DNA of 64,000 nt, from contig CAVYSY010000011.1 in assembly GCA_963771175.1 (NCBI GenBank), forward strand, positions 128,001-192,000. The letters run 5' to 3'. The position numbers and the translations under genes are program-made. Positions 32,403-41,352 of this stretch are shown one piece after another; positions within the stretch are counted from its first letter, which is position 1, and each line of letters begins with the position of its first letter. Source of the stretch: an uncultured delta proteobacterium (lineage in GTDB: Bacteria; Myxococcota; Myxococcia; Myxococcales; Myxococcaceae). The notes under the pieces were generated by a model. The model ran no database searches. It was not told the DNA's origin and saw only the letters and a list, made by a program, of their open reading frames with translations.

Positions 32403-33239
32403 ATGCTGTTGCAGGGCAAGAAGCTCCTCATCACCGGAGTGCTCACCCCCCAGTCGCTCGCCTACGGCGTGGCGGAGCACGCGCTGGAGCAGGGAGCGGA
32501 CATCGTTCTCACCGGCTTCGGCCGCGCGCGCTCGCTCACGGAGCGCAGCGCGAAGCGACTCAAGGCGGGCACCGAGGTGCTGGAGCTGGACGTCACCAAC
32601 CCCGCGCACTTCCCCGCCCTCACCGAGGCGCTGCGCCAGCGCTGGGGCCGGGTGGACGGCGTGCTCCACTCCATCGCCTATGCCCCCGAGGACGCGCTCG
32701 GCGGCAACTTCCTCAACACCCCCTGGGAGAGCGTCCAGACCGCGTTCCGCATCTCGGCCTTCTCCCTCAAGGAGCTGGCCGTGGCGGCGATGCCGCTGAT
32801 GACGCAGGGCGGCTCCATCGTCACGCTGGACTTCGACAACCGCGTGGCCTGGCCCATCTACGACTGGATGGGGGTGTGCAAGGCGGCCCTGGAGGCCACG
32901 GTGCGCTACCTCGCCAGGGACCTGGGCCCCAAGGGCATCCGGGTCAACGCCCTGGCCGCCGGCCCGCTGGCCACCATTGCCGCCAAGGGCATCCCTGGCT
33001 TCAAGTCCCTCGAGAAGGGGTGGGGGGCCCAGGCGCCTCTGGGGTGGGATGCCCGCACCAGCCACGACATGGTGGCTCGCACCGCGTGTGCGCTTCTCTC
33101 CGACTGGCTGCCCTCCACCACGGGGGAGATGGTACACGTGGACGGCGGCTACCACGCCATCGGGGCGCCCCCGGTGGATTCCACCGCCGATGAGAAGGAG
33201 GGGGGCGGCGAATCAGGAACCCCGCCCTCGGCTGGCTGA
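32403..33239 (+). CDS. fabI: Enoyl-ACP reductase (FabI/InhA-like)
   Basis: GKKLLITGVLT..SLAY, VLHSIAYAP, YDWMGVCKAALE, VNALAAGPL, VHVDGG. Confidence 0.93.
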   Translation: MLLQGKKLLITGVLTPQSLAYGVAEHALEQGADIVLTGFGRARSLTERSAKRLKAGTEVLELDVTNPAHFPALTEALRQRWGRVDGVLHSIAYAPEDALGGNFLNTPWESVQTAFRISAFSLKELAVAAMPLMTQGGSIVTLDFDNRVAWPIYDWMGVCKAALEATVRYLARDLGPKGIRVNALAAGPLATIAAKGIPGFKSLEKGWGAQAPLGWDARTSHDMVARTACALLSDWLPSTTGEMVHVDGGYHAIGAPPVDSTADEKEGGGESGTPPSAG

Positions 33240-33386
33240 CCGCTTCCCGGCGGGACGGGCTTGGTTTTCCGTCCCGTCCCAGAGTTTCGATCGCCCCCGC
33301 TTTTGCTGGATGGCGGGGTCAAGATACAGTCTCATCGTTTCCTTCACCCGGGTCCCGATCTTCGTGCCCCGGCAGGAGCCCTGGGT

Positions 33387-33764
33387 TTGAGCGCCAACAT
33401 CCTCCTCGTGGATGACAGCCCGACCGTACGCAACATCCTCAAGATCTATCTCATGAACCTGAAGATGGGGTTCGTCGAGGCAGAGGATGCGACTCGGGCG
33501 TTGCAGCTCCTCCGGCTGGTGCCGGTGAAGCTGGTCATCGCGGATATCAACATGCCGGGTATGGACGGCATTACCTTCGTGAAGCAGGTGCGCCAGAGTC
33601 CTCTGTCGCACGTGCGAGACGTTCCAGTCATCCTGCTCACGGGCGAGCGGGGCGGCGACCTGCGGCAGCGGGGCGTCGAGGCCGGAGCCAACGCCTTCAT
33701 CAACAAGCCGGTTTCCCATCACGACCTGACGGAAACCGTGCGCAAGTTCCTGGCCCAGAACTGA
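33387..33764 (+). CDS. CheY-like response regulator, first gene of the Che cluster
   Basis: ILLVDDS, IADINMPGMDG, LLTG, FINKPV; TTG start inferred. Confidence 0.88.
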   Translation: MSANILLVDDSPTVRNILKIYLMNLKMGFVEAEDATRALQLLRLVPVKLVIADINMPGMDGITFVKQVRQSPLSHVRDVPVILLTGERGGDLRQRGVEAGANAFINKPVSHHDLTETVRKFLAQN

Positions 33765-33774
33765 GAGCCGAGCC

Positions 33775-34641
33775 GTGAGCCTCCCGTCCCTGCTCCTCGT
33801 CGATGACAGTGATGCCATCCTGGCGCTCGAGCGCGCCATCCTCTCTGGTCATTACGCGCTGAACACCGCGAGTAATGGCAAGGAGGCGCTCGAGAAGGTC
33901 AGCCGCGTCCAGCCCGCCGCCATCCTGTTGGATCTCTCCATGCCGGAGATGGATGGAGATGAGGTGCTCAAGCGGCTGAAGGCGGACCCCGCCACGGTCC
34001 ACATCCCGGTCATCATCATCTCCTCGGAGGCGGCGCGGGCGGAGGCGTGCCTGTCGCTGGGCGCGGAGCTCTTCCTGGCCAAGCCCTTCCGCGCCGACGA
34101 GCTGCTGACGGCGGTGGAGAACGCGCTGGAGAACGCAAGGCGCCGGGCCCGGGTGGGCTCCATGGCCCTGCTGCGGCTCACGGTGGGGGGCCTGGAGTTC
34201 TCCATCCCCCTGGAGGCGGTGCGCCAGGTCATCCTCCAACCCGCCACGCGCCCGCTGCCGCTGGGGCCGGCGTACATGTCCGAGTTCTTCGAGCTGCGCG
34301 GCCAGCCCGTGTGCGTGCTGGACCTGGCGCGCCGGCTGGACGTGGAGCACCGCGAGGTCGTCGAGGAGCGCAAGCTGGTCATCCTGGAGATCGACGAAGT
34401 GCTGCTGGCGCTGAGCGTGGATGCGGTGCAGGACCCGGAGGAGTACCAGGCCTCGGACATCGAGCGGCGCGAGCGCGTCGGAGGCTCCGGACACGGGGTG
34501 TTGCGTGACACGCTGCTGGGCATGCTCCGGGCCGGAGAGCGTTCGGTGCCCATCTTCGATCCGAGGGCCTTCGCCACGCAGGAACTGCTGCGCGAGGCGA
34601 TCGAGGCGCTCCGGCCGGCGGGGGTGGAGCGCAGCGCATGA
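33775..34641 (+). CDS. Receiver-CheW fusion protein
   Basis: N-terminal REC (LLVDDS, LLDLSMPEMDG, AKPF) plus CheW domain (FSIPLEAVRQV, ELRGQPVCVLDL). Confidence 0.88.
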   Translation: MSLPSLLLVDDSDAILALERAILSGHYALNTASNGKEALEKVSRVQPAAILLDLSMPEMDGDEVLKRLKADPATVHIPVIIISSEAARAEACLSLGAELFLAKPFRADELLTAVENALENARRRARVGSMALLRLTVGGLEFSIPLEAVRQVILQPATRPLPLGPAYMSEFFELRGQPVCVLDLARRLDVEHREVVEERKLVILEIDEVLLALSVDAVQDPEEYQASDIERRERVGGSGHGVLRDTLLGMLRAGERSVPIFDPRAFATQELLREAIEALRPAGVERSA

Positions 34642-35849
34642 GTACGGGGGTGGAGCCGCAGCAGCTGCTCGCGCGGGCGCGCGAGGTCGTCTCGTCGTGC
34701 ACGGGTTTCCGCGACACGGCCATCTCGCCCACGGCGGTGGATCGCGTGATGCGCGCGGAGCTGGCGCGTGGACGTTCCGTCGCGGAGCTGATGGCGGAGC
34801 TGCAGCGGCCCGGCGCGCCGCTGGCGCGGGCGCTGCTGGATGCCGTGCTGGTGGGCGAGACGTACTTCTTCCGCCACCCGGAGCAGTTCCGCTTCCTCGC
34901 CGCCGAGGCGGCGCCCGCGGCGTTGCGCCGGGGCAACTTCGTGCTGCGCGGCTGGAGCGCGGGCTGCGCCTCCGGTGAGGAGGCCTACTCCATCGCCGCG
35001 TGCCTGCTGGGCATGGCGCCTTCGGGCGTGCGCGTGGAGGTGATCGGCACCGACCTGCACGAGGGGCGCCTGGAGTACGCGCGCCGGGGAACCTACGGGA
35101 ACTGGTCCCGCCGCGAGGCCGGGCCGCTCCTCTATCCCGTCTACCACGACATCGGCGAGGGACGGGTGAGCGTGCTGGAGCCCGTGCGCGCCGTTACCCG
35201 CTTCGCCCAGGGCAACCTGCTGGAGCCCTTGGCGGAGAGCTTCGGCCGCTTCGACGTCATCTTCTGCCGCAACGTGCTGACGTACTTCTCGCCGGAGGCG
35301 GTGCGCACGGCGCTGGGGCACCTGGCGAACGCGCTCGTTCCGGGCGGCTTCCTGCTGCTGGGCACGGTGGAGGTGGACCATCCGCCCGCGGGGCTGGTGC
35401 GCGTGGGGCCTCCGGAGCTGCAGGCCTTCCGTCGGCCGCTGCCGCAGGAGCTGGCGCCTCCGCCCCGTCCCGCCCCTCGCGAGCCCGAGCCGGTCCGTGT
35501 GGCCATGCGCGTGCCGCCGCCCGCGCCCACCCCGCCGCCCGCTCCCTCTCCCGTGCGCCTGCACCTCGAGGCGCTCCAGAGCATCGAGAGCGGTGACGAG
35601 GCCGGCGCCGCCTCCACCCTGGAGACGCTGCTGGAGCAGTTCCGCGACTACATCCCCGGCATGCTGGAGCTGGCCCTGCTGCGCGAGCGCGCGGGGGCTC
35701 GCGAGGCTGCCTTCGCCCTCATGCACACCGTGCGCGACATCGCCTCCCGGCTTCCGCCGGATCTGACCATCGAGGGGCCAGAGCCGTTGCCTGCCCGATT
35801 CTACCGGGCGTCCGCTGACGCCTTCCTCACGCTGGGAGCCATCGAATGA
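34638..35849 (+). CDS. cheR: Chemotaxis methyltransferase with C-terminal TPR-like extension
   Basis: VGETYFFRHPEQF, WSAGCASGEEAYS, FDVIFCRNVLTYF. Confidence 0.92.
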   Translation: MSTGVEPQQLLARAREVVSSCTGFRDTAISPTAVDRVMRAELARGRSVAELMAELQRPGAPLARALLDAVLVGETYFFRHPEQFRFLAAEAAPAALRRGNFVLRGWSAGCASGEEAYSIAACLLGMAPSGVRVEVIGTDLHEGRLEYARRGTYGNWSRREAGPLLYPVYHDIGEGRVSVLEPVRAVTRFAQGNLLEPLAESFGRFDVIFCRNVLTYFSPEAVRTALGHLANALVPGGFLLLGTVEVDHPPAGLVRVGPPELQAFRRPLPQELAPPPRPAPREPEPVRVAMRVPPPAPTPPPAPSPVRLHLEALQSIESGDEAGAASTLETLLEQFRDYIPGMLELALLRERAGAREAAFALMHTVRDIASRLPPDLTIEGPEPLPARFYRASADAFLTLGAIE

Positions 35850-36391
35850 ATTCCAACCCACGCGGCCCCGAGGAGATTCAGGATCCCGAGGTCCGTACCC
35901 TCCTCGACGAGCGTGCGACGCGCCTGCGGGGACGCGCCGAGGGGACGGTCGACGAGTCCGTCATCATGGTGGCCGAGTTCCCCCTGGGTGAGGAGCGGTA
36001 CGCGCTGCCGCTGGATTCACTGCGCTCGGCGCTGCCGCTGCGCCTGGTGACGCCGGTGCCCCTGTCCCAGCCGCACGTCATCGGTGTGCTGCGCTACCAG
36101 GGCTCCGTGCTCTCCGCGCTCAGTCTCGCGGCGCTGCTCGGTGGCCACGGCTGGCGGCAGGATCCCGCCGTGCTGCTCGTGGTGGAGCGCGGTGACGGGG
36201 AGCTGTGCGCCCTGGACTGCGAGGCCATTCCGCGCCCGCTCAGCCTGCCCGCCGCGGCGGTGGAGGCCGCGCGCACCCACTCCGAGGGGCCGGTGATCGA
36301 GGTCCCCCTGAGCAACAACCGTCAGATCATCCACCTCATTGACCTGCCGCGCCTCTTCGCGCGCGGCGCCGGGGCGCGCAATGCCGGTTGA
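35846..36391 (+). CDS. cheW: CheW adaptor
   Basis: LGEERYALPL, TPVPLSQPHVIGVLRYQG. Confidence 0.85.
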   Translation: MNSNPRGPEEIQDPEVRTLLDERATRLRGRAEGTVDESVIMVAEFPLGEERYALPLDSLRSALPLRLVTPVPLSQPHVIGVLRYQGSVLSALSLAALLGGHGWRQDPAVLLVVERGDGELCALDCEAIPRPLSLPAAAVEAARTHSEGPVIEVPLSNNRQIIHLIDLPRLFARGAGARNAG

Positions 36392-38543
36392 CCCCATGCT
36401 GCAGAGCCTCGTCGCCGGTTTCTCGGGCGAGGCGCAGGAAGTCTGTCAGAAGGTCACCCTGGACCTGCTCGAGCTGGAGCGGGAGGGGATCGATAACGAA
36501 GCGTTGGCGAAGGTGTACACCCGCCTCGCGCGCCACCTGCACACCCTCAAGGGCAGTGCGGCCAGCCTCGGGTTGCAGGACCTGAGCTCCATCGCCCACA
36601 AGCTGGAAGATGCCCTCGCGCCGCTGCGCAAGGACATCACGCCCATGCCGCGGTCCATGGTGGACATGCTGCTGCACGGGTTGGACCTGTTCCTGCTGCG
36701 TGCCCAGGCGCACGCCGAGGGGCGAGGGGAGTCGCTGCCGGATCCGACGGCCGCCCTGGCCCAGCTCGTGGCGGAAGCGCCGGCCCCGGAGGAGGCCGCT
36801 GGCGCTGATCACTCCGCCGAGGCCGCTGCGGCCCACGCGCCCGCGAAGGCCGCGCCCGCCGCCGCTCCGTCGCAGTCCGCGGTGTCCCTGGCGGACGACT
36901 CCGACGTGGACGCGGGCTGGCGCGTGGCCGCGCACCAGGTGACGGCGCTCATGCGCGAGGTGGAGCGCATGCGCGAGTTCCGCATGCGCCTGGAGGACCG
37001 GCTCCGCGACCTCGCCAAGGCCGTGGAGCTGCTGTCGGCCCGCGAGCTGCTGGCTCCTACGGCCCGGGCCCGCGCGGTCCTGGCGTCCGTGAACGCCGGC
37101 GTGCGCTCGGACGGTCATGAGGCCTCGGACATCGTGGACAGCCTCGAGGAGGGCCTCAAGTCCATCACCACGCGCCCGGTGCGCACCATCCTCGAGCCGC
37201 TGCAGCGCATGGTGCGCGACCTGTCGCGCCAGCTCGGCAAGCAGGCCCGGCTCTCCGTGGTGGGCGCCGAGGTGTCGCTGGACCGCCGCCTGTTGGAGAA
37301 GCTCAAGGGCGCCATGGTGCACCTGCTGCGCAACGCGGCGGACCACGGGATTGAAATGCCCGACGAGCGCGAGCGCGCCGGCAAGCACCACGAGGGGGCC
37401 CTCACCCTGCGCGTGGAGCAGCAGGGCAACATCCTCATGATGGAGCTGAGCGACGACGGGCGCGGCATCGACGTGGCGCAGGTGCGCGCGTCGGCCGAGC
37501 GCAAGGGGCTCATCACCGTCGACGAGGGCGCGCGGATGCACGAGGCGCAGCTGCGCGACCTCATCTTCCGCCCCGGCTTCAGCACCCGCACGGACGTCAC
37601 CGACACCTCGGGCCGCGGCGTGGGCCTGGACGCGGTGCGCTCCTCGGTGGAGTCCATGCAGGGCCGCATCGAGGTGGTGAGCACCAAGGGGTCGGGCACC
37701 CGCTTCATGATGACGATCCCCATGGAGCTCGGCAGCTCGCCGGTGCTCACGGTGCGCGCCATCGACACGGCGGTGGGCCTGCCCATGCTGGCGGTGGAGT
37801 CCACCCAGCTGGCCTCCAAGGACAACCTGCGCATCGGCCGCGCGAAGACGCAGCTCGACTACAACGGCCAGCTCGTGCCGGTGGTGGACCTGGGGGCCCG
37901 CCTGGGCCTGCGCGCCTCGGCGCCTCCCTCCGAGGGCCAGCCGCTCATCATCGTCCAGAGCGGTGGCAGGCGCATGGCGCTCGCGGTGGACGCGGTGGTG
38001 GGTGACCGCGACCTCGTCATCCGTCCGCTGCCCGCCGAGGTGCGGGACGTGCCCGCCTATCAGGGCGCGGCCATCCTCAGCCGCGGCGAGCTGCTGCTCA
38101 TCCTGCGCCCCGGCTGGGTGGTGACCGAGGCCACTCCGGCCGCCGTCGCCATGCCTCAGAGCCGCAGGGCCCTGGTGGTGGACGACTCGCTCACTGCCCG
38201 CGCGCTGCACCGCGCCATGCTGGAGGCCGGTGGCTTCACCGTGCACCTGGCCGCCAGCGGCGCCCGCGCCCTGGAGCGGTTGCGGACGGAGACCTACGAC
38301 GTGATCATCTGCGACCTGGAGATGGAGGAGATGAACGGAACCGAGCTCATCGCGAAGCTGCGCACGCAGCCGGATACGAGCAACGTCCCGGTCATCCTCG
38401 TCTCCGCCAACGACAGTGCGGGTGCGCGTGCTCGGGGTCTGTCCGCGGGCGCGGACGGCTACCTCAGCAAGCGTGAGTGCGCCGCCGGCCGTCTGCTCAC
38501 CGAGGTGCTCGACGTGATGAGCCGGAGGGGGGCACGGGCATGA
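36381..38543 (+). CDS. cheA: Hybrid CheA histidine kinase (HPt-HATPase-CheW-REC)
   Basis: HLHTLKGSA, HLLRNAADHGIE, DDGRGID, GFST..SGRGVGLD, C-terminal receiver domain. Confidence 0.95.
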   Translation: MPVDPMLQSLVAGFSGEAQEVCQKVTLDLLELEREGIDNEALAKVYTRLARHLHTLKGSAASLGLQDLSSIAHKLEDALAPLRKDITPMPRSMVDMLLHGLDLFLLRAQAHAEGRGESLPDPTAALAQLVAEAPAPEEAAGADHSAEAAAAHAPAKAAPAAAPSQSAVSLADDSDVDAGWRVAAHQVTALMREVERMREFRMRLEDRLRDLAKAVELLSARELLAPTARARAVLASVNAGVRSDGHEASDIVDSLEEGLKSITTRPVRTILEPLQRMVRDLSRQLGKQARLSVVGAEVSLDRRLLEKLKGAMVHLLRNAADHGIEMPDERERAGKHHEGALTLRVEQQGNILMMELSDDGRGIDVAQVRASAERKGLITVDEGARMHEAQLRDLIFRPGFSTRTDVTDTSGRGVGLDAVRSSVESMQGRIEVVSTKGSGTRFMMTIPMELGSSPVLTVRAIDTAVGLPMLAVESTQLASKDNLRIGRAKTQLDYNGQLVPVVDLGARLGLRASAPPSEGQPLIIVQSGGRRMALAVDAVVGDRDLVIRPLPAEVRDVPAYQGAAILSRGELLLILRPGWVVTEATPAAVAMPQSRRALVVDDSLTARALHRAMLEAGGFTVHLAASGARALERLRTETYDVIICDLEMEEMNGTELIAKLRTQPDTSNVPVILVSANDSAGARARGLSAGADGYLSKRECAAGRLLTEVLDVMSRRGARA

Positions 38544-39610
38544 GCAGCGAGAAGGCTCCCATCCGCGTGCTGGTGGTGGACGACTCGCCCACCATGGCGG
38601 ACGCCGTCAGCGCGCTGCTGACGGACGATCCGCGCATCGAGGTGGTGGGGCGAGCCAATACCGGCAGTCGGGCGGTGACGCTGGCGCGCCTGCTGCGCCC
38701 GGACGTCATCACCATGGACCTGCTGATGCCGGACCTGGACGGCCCGGCGGCCATCGCGGCCATCATGGCGGAGGCGCCCGCGCGCATCCTCGTGGTGAGC
38801 GCCGTGGCGGATCAGCGCAATCTGGAGGTCTGCTTCCAAGCGATGAGCGCGGGAGCGCTGGAGCTCATCGGCAAGCCCACCGTCTCCAGTGGCGAGGAGC
38901 TGCGCCGCTGGGGCCGGCAGCTCGCCGAGTCGGTGTGCCTGATGGCGGAGGTGCCGGTCATCTCCCGCCGGCTGCGCATCGCCACGCCGCCGCCGCCCGC
39001 CACCGGGGCCCGGGTCGACATCTTCGGCCTGGCGGCCTCCACCGGTGGCCCGCCCGCGCTGTCCGAGGTGCTCTCGCGCCTGCCAGGGGACCTGCCCGTT
39101 CCCATCGTCATCGCGCAGCACATCACCGAGGGCTTCACCCCGGGTATGGTGCGCTGGCTGTCTCAGGTGACGCCCCTGAAGGTGGCCATCGCCCGCGAGG
39201 GCGAGCGGCTGGAGCCGGGCCGGGTGTACTTCCCGCTGGACGGGCATGACATGACGGTGGAGGGCAACGGGGTGGTGCGGCTGACGCGCACGCGCGGGGG
39301 GCCGTGTCCCTCGGGGGACCTGTTGCTGACCTCGCTGGGACGCACCTACGGCAGCCGCGCCGGGGGCGGCGTGCTCACCGGCATGGGCGAGGACGGGGCG
39401 CGCGGCCTGCTGGACATCAAGAAGGCCGGCGGCGTCACCTTCGCCCAGGACGAGGCCACCTCCGTCGTCTTCGGCATGCCCCGAGTGGCCATCGAGCTGA
39501 AGGCTTCCGACCGGGGAGTGCCCCTGTCCGCCATTCCCGACATCATTCGCGTGAGCTGCCGCCGCGGCCCCACGCCCAACCGCCCTGCCGGTTCGGAGGG
39601 CATCGCTTGA
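38540..39610 (+). CDS. cheB: Chemotaxis methylesterase with receiver domain
   Basis: REC domain; ASTGGP, AQHI, LTGMGEDGARGL, QDEATSVVFGMP. Confidence 0.95.
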   Translation: MSSEKAPIRVLVVDDSPTMADAVSALLTDDPRIEVVGRANTGSRAVTLARLLRPDVITMDLLMPDLDGPAAIAAIMAEAPARILVVSAVADQRNLEVCFQAMSAGALELIGKPTVSSGEELRRWGRQLAESVCLMAEVPVISRRLRIATPPPPATGARVDIFGLAASTGGPPALSEVLSRLPGDLPVPIVIAQHITEGFTPGMVRWLSQVTPLKVAIAREGERLEPGRVYFPLDGHDMTVEGNGVVRLTRTRGGPCPSGDLLLTSLGRTYGSRAGGGVLTGMGEDGARGLLDIKKAGGVTFAQDEATSVVFGMPRVAIELKASDRGVPLSAIPDIIRVSCRRGPTPNRPAGSEGIA

Positions 39611-39669
39611 ACCATTTTCCGTGCAAGGCCGCTGGCGCTGGCCTCGACACTTCCCGCTGAGGAGCTTCC

Positions 39670-41265
39670 GTGAGCCCCAACGCCAATTCGAATCAGTCCT
39701 TGGGTATTGGCCCCAAGTTCATCCTCGTCATGGCGGTCGTCAGTGTCGCCATCGCGCTCCTGCTCAGCGCGGTCGCCGCTCAGCGACTGGAAAGCAACCT
39801 GCTCGAGAGCACCGTGAGCGAGGGCAAGTCGCTTGCCCTCGGCTTCTCGGCGGCCGCCGAGCGGGTCTCCTCCGACGGTGCCACCTCGCTCCAGCCCCTG
39901 CTGGAGCAGTTCCGCGACGCCGAGGGCGTGCGCTACCTCTACGTGGTGGACGGTGCCAACAACGTGCTCGCCCACACCTTCTCGGGCGAGTTCCCCAAGG
40001 CGCTGCTCGAGGCCAACACCGTGAAGCCCGGTGATCTCACCAGCGGCCAGCAGGTGAAGGTCCGCGAGTCGGTGGAGGTGACGGTCGACGGCAAGCGGGT
40101 GAGCGCCGTGGACGTGGCCGCGCCCCTGTCCGGCGGTCTGCGCGGTGTGCTGCACGTGGGCCTCAAGGCCGAGCGCATCAGTGGCCAGGTGGGCCGACTG
40201 TGGCTCACCATGATGCTGCTGGGCCTGCTCATCGTTTCGGCCGGGATCGCCGCAGTGTCCTTCCTCAGTCGCTCCATCGTGAGGCCGCTGCGCGAGCTGA
40301 CGGACGCGGCCGCCCACATCGTCGAGTCCGGCGACCTCACCCGCCCCATCCAGGTGCAGGGTGGTTCCGAGGTGGGCCAGCTCGCCCACTTCTTCGCGCA
40401 GATGGTGGAGCGGCAGCGCACGGTGGTTCAGAACCTCCAGCAGGCCGCCGAGGCCCTCAACGCCTCCACCGAGCAGCTCAACAGCTCCGCCGCCGATCAG
40501 TCGCAGACCGTCTCCCGCCAGGCCTCCGCGCTCCAGGAGACGCAGGTGACGGCGCAGGAGATCCGCCAGACGAGCCTCCTGGCCGCCCAGAAGGCCGACT
40601 CGGTGCTCTCCGTGGCCGAGCACGCCGAGGAGCTGGGCCGCGCCGGCGAGGCCGCCCTGGAGCAGACGCTCACCGGCCTCAACGACATCCGCACCCAGGT
40701 GCAGGAGATCGCCCAGAAGATTCTGGAGCTGGGCGAGCGCACGGTGCAGATCGGCAGCATCACCCAGACGGTGAAGGACCTGGCCGACCAGTCCAACATG
40801 CTGGCGCTCAACGCCGCCATCGAGGCGGTGCGCTCGGGCGAGCACGGCAAGGGCTTCGGCGTGGTGGCCCGTGAAATCCGCGCCCTGGCCGACCAGTCCA
40901 TCGAGTCCACGGACCGCGTGCGCGAGCTGCTGGACGATATCGGCAACTCGGTGGGCATGGCCGTGCGCATCACCGAGCGCGGCTCGCAGCGCATGGAGGC
41001 GGGCCTGGAGCAGGTGCGCACCTACGGCAAGAACCTGCGCGAGCTGTCCGGCATCATCCAGGACAACGCCTCCGCCGTGCGGCAGATCGCCGCCGCCGTG
41101 GGCCAGCAGAACGTGGGCATCAACCAGATCACCACCGCCGTGAGCGACCTGTCCAAGATGATGGACGAGACCGTCTCCCGCATCGGTGCCACGGGTGAGG
41201 CCGCTACCACGCTGCAGATCATCGCCGACCAGCTCAGCAGCGCGGTGAAGAGCTACCGCGTCTAG
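39670..41265 (+). CDS. Methyl-accepting chemotaxis protein (2 TM, periplasmic domain, HAMP)
   Basis: Two TM helices, SEVGQLA HAMP, LADQSNMLALNAAIEAVRSGEHGKGFGVVAREIRALA. Confidence 0.95.
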   Translation: MSPNANSNQSLGIGPKFILVMAVVSVAIALLLSAVAAQRLESNLLESTVSEGKSLALGFSAAAERVSSDGATSLQPLLEQFRDAEGVRYLYVVDGANNVLAHTFSGEFPKALLEANTVKPGDLTSGQQVKVRESVEVTVDGKRVSAVDVAAPLSGGLRGVLHVGLKAERISGQVGRLWLTMMLLGLLIVSAGIAAVSFLSRSIVRPLRELTDAAAHIVESGDLTRPIQVQGGSEVGQLAHFFAQMVERQRTVVQNLQQAAEALNASTEQLNSSAADQSQTVSRQASALQETQVTAQEIRQTSLLAAQKADSVLSVAEHAEELGRAGEAALEQTLTGLNDIRTQVQEIAQKILELGERTVQIGSITQTVKDLADQSNMLALNAAIEAVRSGEHGKGFGVVAREIRALADQSIESTDRVRELLDDIGNSVGMAVRITERGSQRMEAGLEQVRTYGKNLRELSGIIQDNASAVRQIAAAVGQQNVGINQITTAVSDLSKMMDETVSRIGATGEAATTLQIIADQLSSAVKSYRV

Positions 41266-41289
41266 TCGCACTCGAGCGGCGGATGCACG

Positions 41290-41327
41290 AAGGGCCAGGG
41301 GAGGGGAGACCCTCCGACCTGGCCCTT
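41290..41327. terminator. Stem-loop between convergent mcp and clpA
   Basis: AAGGGCCAGG (41290-41299) pairs with CCTGGCCCTT (41318-41327); inner GGAGGG-gaga-CCCTCC. Confidence 0.6.
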
Positions 41328-41352
41328 GGTGTTTCTACGTTCCGACCTGGCG

